Below are positions 24,598 through 32,247 of a stretch of 32,247 nucleotides of DNA, piece after piece. Within the stretch, counting starts at the first letter, position 1. The number at the start of each line of letters is the position of its first letter. The notes beneath the pieces were generated by a model. The model had not been told where the DNA came from. It made no database searches and saw only the letters and a program-made list of their open reading frames with translations. The stretch comes from Solirubrobacteraceae bacterium. Lineage in GTDB: Bacteria > Actinomycetota > Thermoleophilia > Solirubrobacterales > Solirubrobacteraceae. Location of the stretch: positions 1 through 32,247 of the forward strand of contig DASTWP010000066.1 in assembly GCA_035765835.1 (NCBI GenBank), given 5' to 3'. The position numbers were made by a program, and so were the translations under genes.

Positions 24598-25254
24598 GTG
24601 CGCGTCCTGATCGCGGAGGACGAGCCGAGGCTCGCGGCGGCGCTCGCGCGCGGGCTGCGGCGCGCCGGCTGCGCGGTCGACGTCGCGCTCGACGGCCGCG
24701 CGGCGATCGAGCGCGCGTCGGCGATCGAGTACGACGCAGTGCTGCTCGACCGCGACCTGCCCGAGGTCCACGGCGACGAGGTCTGCCGCCACCTCGTCGG
24801 CAGCGAGAGGCCGCCGCGGATCCTCATGCTGACCGCCGCCGCCGAGGTCCACGACCGGATCGAGGGCCTCGACCTCGGGGCCGACGACTACCTGCCCAAG
24901 CCGTTCGCGTTCGCCGAGCTGATGGCGCGCCTGCGCGCGCTCCAGCGCCGTGCGGGCCCGTCGCTGCCGCCGGTGCTCGAGCGCTCGGGCGTGCGCCTCG
25001 ACCCGGCCCGCCGCGACGTCAGCCGCGACGGCGAGCCGGTCGCGCTGAGCCCGAAGGAGTTCGGGGTGCTCGAGGTCCTGCTGCGCGCCGACGGCGCCGT
25101 CGTCAGCCCCGAGGAGCTCCTGCGCCGCGTCTGGGACGAGCAGCTCGACCCGGGCTCGAACACCGCGCGCGTGACGGTGATGAACCTGCGCCGCAAGCTC
25201 GGCGAGCCGGCGGTCGTCGAGACCGTCATCGGCTCCGGGTACCGGCTGACCTGA
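24598..25254 (+). CDS. OmpR/PhoB-family response regulator
   Basis: I chose the GTG at 24598 (VRVLIAEDEP). Receiver motifs are VLLDRDLP and DDYLPKPF. The winged-helix C-terminus reads LSPKEFGVLEVLL..VIGSGYRL. Confidence 0.9.
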   Translation: MRVLIAEDEPRLAAALARGLRRAGCAVDVALDGRAAIERASAIEYDAVLLDRDLPEVHGDEVCRHLVGSERPPRILMLTAAAEVHDRIEGLDLGADDYLPKPFAFAELMARLRALQRRAGPSLPPVLERSGVRLDPARRDVSRDGEPVALSPKEFGVLEVLLRADGAVVSPEELLRRVWDEQLDPGSNTARVTVMNLRRKLGEPAVVETVIGSGYRLT

Positions 25255-25259
25255 CGGCG

Positions 25260-26522
25260 ATGCTGCGGCTGCCGCGCCCAACGATCCGCCTGCGCCTCGC
25301 CGCCTGGTATGCAGGGCTGCTGTTCGTCAGCGGCGGCGGGCTGCTGACGCTGAGCTATGCCGTCGTGCGCCACGAGTTCAGCGACGCGCGGCGCATCCAC
25401 GTGCGCATCGAGGAGCGCCTGCCGCCGATCGGCTCCACCGGCCGCGCGCGCACGCTGACGCTGCGCGTCGCCCCCGGGGTCCCGCCCGACGCGCAGCTGC
25501 ACCACCTGCCCGCGAGCGAGCGCCGCGCCTACCGCCGCGCGCGCGCCGCCCTGCTGGAGGCCAGCCGCGCCGCCGACCAGCGCGCGCTGCGGCGCGTGCT
25601 GATCGCCTTCATCAGCGCGCTGCTGCTCGTCACGCTCGGCTCGATCGCCGCCGGCTGGCTGATCGCCGGGCGCGTGCTGCGGCCGATCGCGCGCATCACC
25701 GCCGCGGCGCGCTCGATCTCCGGGCGCACGCTGCACGAGCGCATCGCGCTCGGCGGCCCGCACGACGAGCTGCGCGAGCTCGCGGACACCTTCGACACGA
25801 TGCTCGCGCGCCTGCAGGAGGCCTTCGACAGCCAGCACCGCTTCGTCGCCAACGCCTCGCACGAGCTGCGCACGCCGCTGGCGATCATCCGCACCGAGGT
25901 CGACGTGACGCTCGCCGACCCGGACGCGGACGTGCAGGACATGCGCGCGATGGCGCACGTCGTGCGCGACGCGAACGAGCGGATGGAGCGCCTGATCGCC
26001 TCGCTGCTGGCGCTCGCGCGCAGCGAGTCCGGCGTCGGCGCGCCGCGGCCCGCGGACCTCGCCGAGCTCGCGCGCGCGGCGATTGCGGGCGAGGCCGGCG
26101 GCGTGACCGTCGAGGCGGCACTCGAACCGGCGCCCGTCGAGGGCGATCCGGTGCTGCTCGAGCGCCTCGCCGCGAACCTCGTCGAGAACGCGGCGCGCTA
26201 CAACGCGCCCGGCGGCTGGGTGCGCGTGCGCACCGACGCCGACGGCAGCGAGGCGCGCCTGGTGGTCGAGAACCCCGGGCCGCGGATCGAGCAGGACGCG
26301 CTGCCCGCGCTGCTCGAGCCGTTCCGGCGCCTGGAGGGCTCGCGCGCCCGCGCCACCGGCGGCTACGGCCTCGGCCTCGCGGTAGTGCGCGCGGTGGCCG
26401 ACGCGCACGGCGGCCGCGTGGAGCTGCTCGCGCGCAAGGAGGGCGGCCTGCGCGTGACGGTTGCGCTTCCGGTGTACAGGAATCGCACGGAATTGCCGAT
26501 ACCAACCCGTGCGCTTGGGTAG
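25260..26522 (+). CDS. Sensor histidine kinase (2 TM, HAMP, HisKA, HATPase_c)
   Basis: The ATG lies 5 nt after the regulator stop. The H-box is FVANASHELRTPLAIIRTE. The N, G1 and G2 boxes are ENAARYN, VENPGP and GGYGLGLAVV. Confidence 0.9.
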   Translation: MLRLPRPTIRLRLAAWYAGLLFVSGGGLLTLSYAVVRHEFSDARRIHVRIEERLPPIGSTGRARTLTLRVAPGVPPDAQLHHLPASERRAYRRARAALLEASRAADQRALRRVLIAFISALLLVTLGSIAAGWLIAGRVLRPIARITAAARSISGRTLHERIALGGPHDELRELADTFDTMLARLQEAFDSQHRFVANASHELRTPLAIIRTEVDVTLADPDADVQDMRAMAHVVRDANERMERLIASLLALARSESGVGAPRPADLAELARAAIAGEAGGVTVEAALEPAPVEGDPVLLERLAANLVENAARYNAPGGWVRVRTDADGSEARLVVENPGPRIEQDALPALLEPFRRLEGSRARATGGYGLGLAVVRAVADAHGGRVELLARKEGGLRVTVALPVYRNRTELPIPTRALG

Positions 26523-28182
26523 CGGATGGCGTGCTGCCGTCGAAGCCGCGATCGAGCGGTCCAGCGAACGCGGCGTGCGGTGGCGCTCACTGGCGGCGCT
26601 GTTCGTCGCGGGCGGCCTGCTCGCGCTCGTCTCGCTCGGGCTGCCGCACCCGCCCGGTAGGCACGACGCCTTCGTCGCCGGCCTCGCGGCGATCGCCGTG
26701 GTCTCCGGCCTCGGCCTCGCGCTCTTCTCGCAGCGGCTCGACGACCGCCTGCTCGCCGGCTTTCTCGCCTTCGGCGTCCTGCTGATCACGCTCGGCGTCT
26801 TCGCCGGCGGGCGCGCCGGCGAGATCTACGCGTTCCTCTACATCTGGATCGCGATCGAGGCCTTCTACTTCCTCGGGCAGCGCGGCGCGCTCGCGCAGCT
26901 GCTCGGGATCGCGGCCGCGTCCGGCCTGACCGTGCTCGCCGGCCCGCTGCGCGCCGACCAGTGGCTGATGGTGGACGGCACGGCGGCGACGGTCGGCGCG
27001 CTCGTCGCGGTCCTGCGGGCGCGCGAGGTGCGGCTGATCGCCCGTCTCGGCGAGGCCGCGCACGCCGACTGGCTGACCGGCCTGCGCAACCGCCGCGGCT
27101 TCCAGGACGCGCTCGAGCACGAGGTCGAGCGCGCGCTGCGCAGCGGGCGGCCCTCGAGCCTCGTGGTCGGCGACCTCGACGGCTTCAAGCGCCTCAACGA
27201 CCGCCTCGGGCACCCCGTCGGGGACGAGGCGCTGCGACACGTCGGGCTGCTGCTGCGCGAGGCCGGGCGCACGATCGACGTCGCCGCGCGCATCGGCGGC
27301 GAGGAGTTCGCGCTCCTGCTGCCGGACACCGACGAGCACGGCGCCTACGTCGTCGCCGAGCGCCTGCGCGCGTCGGTGCGCGAGCACCTCGTGCTCGCGG
27401 GCTGGGGCGTGAGCATCAGCCTCGGCGTCACGAGCTTCCCGCGGCACGCGACGAGCGCCGCCGAGGTGCTGCACACCGCCGACCAGGCGATGTACAGCGC
27501 GAAGGCGCTCGGGCGCGACCGCACGGTCGTCTTCAGCCGCACGCTCGGCGAGGAGATGAGCCGGCCGCGGGCCGACGCGGTCGCCCGCGAGGAGCACCTC
27601 TCCGCGGTGCTCGTGCTCGCGGAGGCGCTCGACCTGCGCGACGCCGACACGGCGCTGCACGCCCGCACGGTCGCCCGCTACGCGGCGATGACGGGCCGCG
27701 CGCTCGGCCTCGGCCCGGCGCGCATCGAGCGCCTGCACGTCGCAGGCCTGCTGCACGACGTCGGCAAGGTCGGCGTCGCCGACACGATCCTGCGCAAGCC
27801 CGGGCCGCTGACGGACGCCGAGTGGGCCGAGATGCGCAAGCACTCCGAGCTCGGCGCGCGGATCGTCGCGGGGGCCAACCTGCCCGACGTGGCGGGCTGG
27901 GTGCTCGCGCACCACGAGCGCCCGGACGGCGGCGGCTACCCCGCCGGCCTGCGCGCGGACCGGATCCCGCTCGAGGCGCTGATCCTCGCGGTCGCCGACG
28001 CCTTCGAGGCGATGACCGGCGACCGGGTCTACCGGCGCGGGATGCCTGAGGGCGCGGCGCGCGCGGAGCTGCGGCGCTGCGCCGGCACGCAGTTCGACCC
28101 GGCCGTCGTCGAGGCGTTCCTCGGCGCGCTCGGGGACGGGCCGGGCGCAGTGGCCGCGGAGGCGGAGCACAGCCTGGCCTAG
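26509..28182 (+). CDS. Membrane-anchored GGDEF-HD-GYP c-di-GMP turnover protein
   Basis: The N-terminus has about 5-6 TM helices. The GGDEF domain reads LTGLRNRRGF..GDLDGFKRLNDRLGHPVGD..RIGGEEFALLL, with RTID at the I-site position. The HD-GYP domain reads LHDVGKVGV..MRKHSELG..HHERPDGGGYPAGL. The start is uncertain: GTG at 26509 (overlapping the kinase by 14 nt), GTG at 26575, or the ORF-track start at 26461. Confidence 0.88.
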   Translation: MRLGSGWRAAVEAAIERSSERGVRWRSLAALFVAGGLLALVSLGLPHPPGRHDAFVAGLAAIAVVSGLGLALFSQRLDDRLLAGFLAFGVLLITLGVFAGGRAGEIYAFLYIWIAIEAFYFLGQRGALAQLLGIAAASGLTVLAGPLRADQWLMVDGTAATVGALVAVLRAREVRLIARLGEAAHADWLTGLRNRRGFQDALEHEVERALRSGRPSSLVVGDLDGFKRLNDRLGHPVGDEALRHVGLLLREAGRTIDVAARIGGEEFALLLPDTDEHGAYVVAERLRASVREHLVLAGWGVSISLGVTSFPRHATSAAEVLHTADQAMYSAKALGRDRTVVFSRTLGEEMSRPRADAVAREEHLSAVLVLAEALDLRDADTALHARTVARYAAMTGRALGLGPARIERLHVAGLLHDVGKVGVADTILRKPGPLTDAEWAEMRKHSELGARIVAGANLPDVAGWVLAHHERPDGGGYPAGLRADRIPLEALILAVADAFEAMTGDRVYRRGMPEGAARAELRRCAGTQFDPAVVEAFLGALGDGPGAVAAEAEHSLA

Positions 28183-28194
28183 GGTGGGCGGCCG

Positions 28195-29031
28195 ATGGCC
28201 GTCCTGCTCGCGCTCATCGCCTCCGGATGCTGGGGGCTCGCGGACTTCACCGGCGGGCTCAAGAGCCGCCGCGTGCCCGTGCTCGCCGTGCTGTTCATCG
28301 TCGAGGGCACGGGGATGGTGCTCGTGCTCGTCCTGATCGCGATCGAGGGCGAGCCGCTGCCCGGCGGCACCGCGATCGTCGAGTCGCTGCTCGCGGGCAC
28401 GGCCGGCATGGTGGCGCTCGGGGCGTTCTACCGCGCGCTCGCGATCGGGACGATGAGCATCGTCGCGCCGATCTCCTCGACGGGCGTGGCGATCCCGGTG
28501 ATCGTCGGGATCGTCACGGGCAACCGGCTCTCGGTCGTCGTCTCGCTGGGGCTCGCGATCGCGGTCGTGGGTGTGGTGCTCGCCTCGCGCGAGCAGCACG
28601 ACGACGTCGGCGCGCTGCGCGCGCGCCGCGCGAGCGTCGCGCTCGCGCTGGCCGCCGCCGTCGGCTTCGGCGCGTACTTCGCGCTCGCCGACCCCGCGGC
28701 GGACGCGAGCATCCTGTGGCTGCTCGTGCTCTCGCGGCTGGTGGCGGTTCCGGCGCTCGCCGGGATCCTGCTCGCGCGGCGGGTGGCCGTGCCCGGCCGC
28801 CGGGACCTGCTGACGCTCGTCGGCGCCGGCGCGCTCGACGTCACCGCCACCGGCCTGTTCGGCCTGGCCAACACCAAGGGCGCGCTCGCCGTCGTCTCCG
28901 TCGTCGGCTCGCTCTACCCCGTCGCGACGGTGCTCCTGGCGCGCGCGCTGCTGGGCGAGCGGCTGCGGCCGGTCCAGGCCGCGGGGGTGGTCGCGGCGCT
29001 GACAGGCGTCGCCCTGGTCGCCGCGGGCTGA
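28195..29031 (+). CDS. EamA-family (DMT superfamily) transporter
   Basis: About 10 TM helices are arranged as two EamA-like halves. The N-terminus ALIASGCWGLADFTGG is typical. The product is 278 aa. Confidence 0.85.
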   Translation: MAVLLALIASGCWGLADFTGGLKSRRVPVLAVLFIVEGTGMVLVLVLIAIEGEPLPGGTAIVESLLAGTAGMVALGAFYRALAIGTMSIVAPISSTGVAIPVIVGIVTGNRLSVVVSLGLAIAVVGVVLASREQHDDVGALRARRASVALALAAAVGFGAYFALADPAADASILWLLVLSRLVAVPALAGILLARRVAVPGRRDLLTLVGAGALDVTATGLFGLANTKGALAVVSVVGSLYPVATVLLARALLGERLRPVQAAGVVAALTGVALVAAG

Positions 29032-29124
29032 GGGGTGCCGGAGGCACTCATATGAGTGCCGGAGGCGGGTCCTCGGGTCGCGAAGCGACCCATTGTCTCC
29101 GGTGCGGAGCTACGGTAGATCCCG
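29032..29124 (+). repeat. Intergenic repeat element, long copy C
   Basis: GGGGTGCCGGA-GGCACTCATATGAGTGCC-GGAGGCGGGTCC is followed by hairpin GGGTCGC-GAA-GCGACCC and hairpin CTCCG-GTG-CGGAG. The element fills the whole spacer between the EamA stop and the CtaG-like start. Confidence 0.7.
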
Positions 29125-30042
29125 GTGTTCGTCCTCGCGCATCTCGGCCACGGCACCTTCGCGCCGCTCCAGCTCGCGCCGCTCACGCTGACGGGCATCC
29201 TCTACGCGCTCGGCGTGCACCGGCTCGCCGGCACCACGCGGGCGGTGTCCGGGCTGCGGCAGACGAGCTTCTGGTCGGGCCTGTTCCTGATCTTCGTCGC
29301 GCTCGCCTCGCCGATCGGGCACGTCGCCGACGAGCTCGTGTGGGTGCACATGATCGAGCACCTGCTGATCGGCGACATCGCGCCGCTGCTGCTCGTGCTC
29401 GGCGTGACCGGGCCGCTGCTCGCGCCCGCCCTGCGGATCCGCTGGATCGATCGCCTGCGGGTGCTCGCCAACCCGCTCGTCGCGCTGCCGGTGTGGGCGC
29501 TCAGCCTCTACGTCTGGCACGTGCCGTTCATGTACGAGAACGCGGTGCGCCACGAGGGGGTGCACGCGCTCCAGCACCTCTGCTTCGTGGTGTTCGGGAC
29601 GAACATGTGGATGGCGCTGGTGGGGCCGCTGCCGAAGCCGGCGTGGTTCGGCAACTTCGCGCGGCTCGGCTACGTGCTGGCGGTGCGGCTGATCGGCGCG
29701 GTCCTCGGCAACGTGCTCGTCTTCGGCGGGCGCTCCTTCTACCACGCGGTCTACGCCCCCGGCGAGCTGTTCTGGCACACCTCGGCGAGCGGCGACCAGA
29801 CCGCGGCCGGCGCGATCATGATGGTCGAGGGCTCGTTCGTGACGATCGGGCTGTTCTGCTGGCTGTTCCTGCGCGCGGCCAGCGAGGGCGAGGAGCGCCA
29901 GGCGCTGATGGACCTGGCCGGCGACCGCGGCGTCGCGCTCACCGAGGCGCGCGCGGCGCGCGCGGTGGCGGCGGGCCGCGGCGCCGACCTCCGCGCGCGG
30001 ATCGAGGGCGGCCCGCCGGAGCCGCCGCCGGGCCCGGCCTAG
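29125..30042 (+). CDS. ctaG: Cytochrome c oxidase assembly factor CtaG-like membrane protein (Caa3_CtaG family)
   Basis: GTG start. The protein is polytopic. Conserved-looking His-rich segments VHMIEHLLIGDIAPLLL, LYVWHVPFMYE and VHALQHLCFV are typical of Bacillus-type CtaG. Confidence 0.72.
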   Translation: MFVLAHLGHGTFAPLQLAPLTLTGILYALGVHRLAGTTRAVSGLRQTSFWSGLFLIFVALASPIGHVADELVWVHMIEHLLIGDIAPLLLVLGVTGPLLAPALRIRWIDRLRVLANPLVALPVWALSLYVWHVPFMYENAVRHEGVHALQHLCFVVFGTNMWMALVGPLPKPAWFGNFARLGYVLAVRLIGAVLGNVLVFGGRSFYHAVYAPGELFWHTSASGDQTAAGAIMMVEGSFVTIGLFCWLFLRAASEGEERQALMDLAGDRGVALTEARAARAVAAGRGADLRARIEGGPPEPPPGPA

Positions 30043-30048
30043 CCCGGC

Positions 30049-31266
30049 TCAGCAGGCCGCGGGCGGGACGGCCGAGGTGGCCGTCGGCACGCCCGCGATC
30101 ACGACGCGGGCGTAGCGGGCGCTGCCCTTCGACCAGGTCACGAGCGCGTCCTGGCCCGAGGGCGCGACGCGCAGCGCGCTGACCGTGCCCGTGTCGAGCA
30201 CCGTGCGCTGGCCGTTGGCGACCATCATCGAGACCGGCTTGTGCCTGCGGGCATTCTGCGTGTAGATGACGAGCGTCGCGTAGCGGCCGACGACGGCGTC
30301 GCGCACGACGTCGGACTCGTTGCGCCCGCCGGCGACCTCGACCTGCGGGCCGAGCTGCCCGCCTGCGTAGATGCGGCGGACGTAGGCGTGCGCGTGCTTG
30401 CGCTTGTCGCGGCGGCTGTAGGAGAGCAGCAGCGTCTGGATCAGCGTCCCGCCGCCGAGGCGCGCGTCGGCGCCGGGGGTCAGCACGCGCGAGCCCGCGA
30501 TCGTGTGGACGGGCGCGACGCCCGTCGGGTTCAGATGCACGACGCGCAGCGTGCCGCGGTCGATCACCGCGACGAACGCGCCGCCGGCCTTGTCGGCGAA
30601 GATGCGCGCGGCGCCCGGCTGCCTGGTGCCGGTGGGTCGCCAGAGCGCCTTCGGCAGCGCGCGGGGCGCGTAGGGCACGCCCGCCGGCGAGGCGCCCGCG
30701 ACGACGAGGCCGCCGTTGCCGAGGTAGAGGACCCAGGCGCCCGTGCTGTCGCCGTCCGCGTCCAGGCGCGTGTACGACGCGGGGGCGATCGTGTGGGAGG
30801 GGCCCGGCATCCCGTCGGCGGGCACCGGCACGATGTGGTCGCCGTCGGACTGCCGCCACAGCAGCTGCGTGCCCGCGAGCTGGACGGCGCTGCCGCCGCC
30901 CGCGACGGTGATCGGCAGGTCGAAGCCGATCGCGCCCGCGAGGCGCGAGATCCTCACGTTGCCGCCGTCGCTCCAGGCGGCGAGCAGGCGGTCGTCGTCC
31001 TGGACGCCCAGCACCGGCATCGGCGCGCCGCCCTGGAGCTTCGAGGCGGTGACGCTCGCGCCGCCCTGCGAGACGAGCGCGGCGCCGCACTGGATCGGCA
31101 CCGCGCCGCCGCCGGTGTCGAACCCGACGGGCACGGGCAGGGACGGCTGCGCCCGCGCGGGCAGCGCGGGGAGGAGTGCGAGGGCGGCGAGTGCTAGCGC
31201 CAGGGCGGACCGGGCGGGGGTGGGCACCGACCGCTGACGCTGTCGCACCGAGCGGCTCCGTGTCAA
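30049..31266 (-). CDS. Secreted hypothetical protein (signal peptide, beta-rich)
   Basis: A basic N-terminus is followed by ALALALAALALLPALPARA/QP, a signal-peptidase-like AxA site. The sequence is Gly/Val-rich and beta-like. The TTG start at 31266 overlaps the MFS stop (TTGA); an alternative GTG start is at 31248. Confidence 0.65.
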   Translation of the reverse strand: MTRSRSVRQRQRSVPTPARSALALALAALALLPALPARAQPSLPVPVGFDTGGGAVPIQCGAALVSQGGASVTASKLQGGAPMPVLGVQDDDRLLAAWSDGGNVRISRLAGAIGFDLPITVAGGGSAVQLAGTQLLWRQSDGDHIVPVPADGMPGPSHTIAPASYTRLDADGDSTGAWVLYLGNGGLVVAGASPAGVPYAPRALPKALWRPTGTRQPGAARIFADKAGGAFVAVIDRGTLRVVHLNPTGVAPVHTIAGSRVLTPGADARLGGGTLIQTLLLSYSRRDKRKHAHAYVRRIYAGGQLGPQVEVAGGRNESDVVRDAVVGRYATLVIYTQNARRHKPVSMMVANGQRTVLDTGTVSALRVAPSGQDALVTWSKGSARYARVVIAGVPTATSAVPPAAC

Positions 31267-32247
31267 GTCGCGCGACTAGGACGTCCGTCCAGGCGCAGCG
31301 CCCTCGGCCGCGCGAGCGCGACCGGAGCGGACAGCGAGACGGCGGCTGCGGCGGCGCCGATCGCCCCCGCCGGCGACGTCGCGGCGGCGACCGCGCCGAC
31401 GAGCGGGCCGCCCGCGCCGACGCCCGCGTCGAACCACGCGAAGAACAGGCCCGCGGCCGCGCCGTGGCGCTCCGGCGGCACGCGGGCGAGCGCGAGCAGC
31501 CCGAGCGCGGGCACGGCGAGCGCCTGGCCGGCAGCAAGGCCGAGCACCGCCGCGAGCGCCGGTGCGGCCGGCGTCAGCGTCGCGAGCAGCGCGAGACCGG
31601 CAGCCTCGAGGAGCGTGGCGCCGAACAGCGTCCGCACCGCGCCGGCGCGGTCGGGGATCGCGCCGCCGGCGGTGCGGGCCACCACCACGCCCGCCGCGAA
31701 CAGGGGCACGACCAGCGCGGCGCCGCCGTGATGGCCGCGGACGCCGGGGCCGAATGCGAGCACCGCGACGTAGCCGACGTTGACCAGCGCGAGGCCGAGG
31801 CCGGGCCGCAGCGTGGCGGCGAGCAGGCCGCGCTCGTCGCGACCGGTGCGCGGCGGTGCGGCGGGCGCCGCGGGCGGGCGCTGCGCGCCGAGGGCGAGCG
31901 CGGCCCCCGCGAGCGGCAGGCCTGCCGCCAGCAGCAGCACGCCGGTCGCCGCGCCGCCCGTGCCCGCCGCGTCGGCGAGCAGCGGCCCGATCGCCAGCCC
32001 CGCGTAGTTGGCGAGGCCGATGTGGCCGAGGGCGCGCCCGCGGCGCTCCTCGCCGGCGAGGCGCAGCAGCCAGAGCACGGCCGCGCTCATCATCGCCCCC
32101 TCGCCCGCGCCGACGAGCAGGCGCGAGAGGAGCAGCGGCGCGTACCCGCCGGAGGCGAGCGCGGGCGCGATCCCGACCGCCATGAACGCCGCGCCGGCGA
32201 GCATCACCCGCACGGGGCCGACGTGGTCGGCCGCGCGGCCGCCGCCC
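31263..32247 (-). CDS. MFS transporter (5' end beyond window edge)
   Basis: The frame is open to the window end. The upstream codons read GGGRAADHVGPVRVML, an MFS motif-A-like loop. The remainder is a series of hydrophobic helices. Confidence 0.8.
   Translation of the reverse strand, partial: GGGRAADHVGPVRVMLAGAAFMAVGIAPALASGGYAPLLLSRLLVGAGEGAMMSAAVLWLLRLAGEERRGRALGHIGLANYAGLAIGPLLADAAGTGGAATGVLLLAAGLPLAGAALALGAQRPPAAPAAPPRTGRDERGLLAATLRPGLGLALVNVGYVAVLAFGPGVRGHHGGAALVVPLFAAGVVVARTAGGAIPDRAGAVRTLFGATLLEAAGLALLATLTPAAPALAAVLGLAAGQALAVPALGLLALARVPPERHGAAAGLFFAWFDAGVGAGGPLVGAVAAATSPAGAIGAAAAAVSLSAPVALARPRALRLDGRPSRAT

Noticed and set aside
22003-25281. 1092-aa minus-strand ORF spanning the methyltransferase, aldehyde dehydrogenase and response regulator region
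   Set aside because: This is the same GC-driven artefact. It crosses three well-supported genes on both strands, and I recognised no motifs in it.
26587-28599. 670-aa minus-strand ORF opposite the membrane GGDEF-HD-GYP gene
   Set aside because: It is antisense to a motif-rich gene. The composition is Arg/Asp/Glu/Pro-biased with no recognisable domains.
1-32247. Defence island, prophage, integrative element or biosynthetic cluster
   Set aside because: I found no integrase, transposase, nuclease/ATPase defence hallmarks, phage structural genes, tRNA attachment site or obvious GC-composition break. Gene content is mostly housekeeping and signalling.

Overview
This is a very GC-rich bacterial chromosomal segment, by eye well above 70 percent GC with strong GC3 bias (I did not compute it). 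It looks Actinomycetota-like; a Thermoleophilia/Rubrobacteria-type origin is an unverified guess.

I call about 35 protein-coding genes. They are tightly packed, with many 1-4 nt start/stop overlaps and three convergent 3' overlaps. I see no rRNA or tRNA genes, CRISPR arrays, transposases, integrases or recognisable defence genes.

Gene content, left to right:
- Tail of a Tad/Flp pilus locus (TadB/TadC-like) plus a small coiled-coil ORF.
- A NarL-type two-component system with two LuxR-type response regulators.
- A small ORF coupled to a 490-aa polytopic membrane protein.
- An Orn/Lys/Arg-type PLP decarboxylase.
- A GAF-GGDEF-GAF-HD-GYP protein.
- A YgjP/M48 peptidase overlapping a PfkB kinase.
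- A GNAT, citrate synthase and dCTP deaminase, flanked by mini membrane proteins.
- An MpaB-type oxygenase with a TetR regulator.
- A second PfkB kinase, a quinone oxidoreductase and a DEAD-box helicase.
- A zinc-ribbon/TM/discoidin protein and a cyclophilin.
- An O-methyltransferase and an aldehyde dehydrogenase.
- An OmpR/HK pair followed by a membrane GGDEF-HD-GYP protein.
- An EamA transporter, a CtaG-like protein, a secreted protein and a truncated MFS transporter.

The most unusual thing I can see directly is a family of structured intergenic repeats. There are four copies in both orientations. The arms are conserved, and the central 18-nt perfect palindrome varies only by fully compensatory base-pair swaps.

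The rest looks like ordinary core or regulatory gene content with some noteworthy architectures. I do not see convincing evidence for a new multi-gene system, and all functional calls are from motif recognition only.
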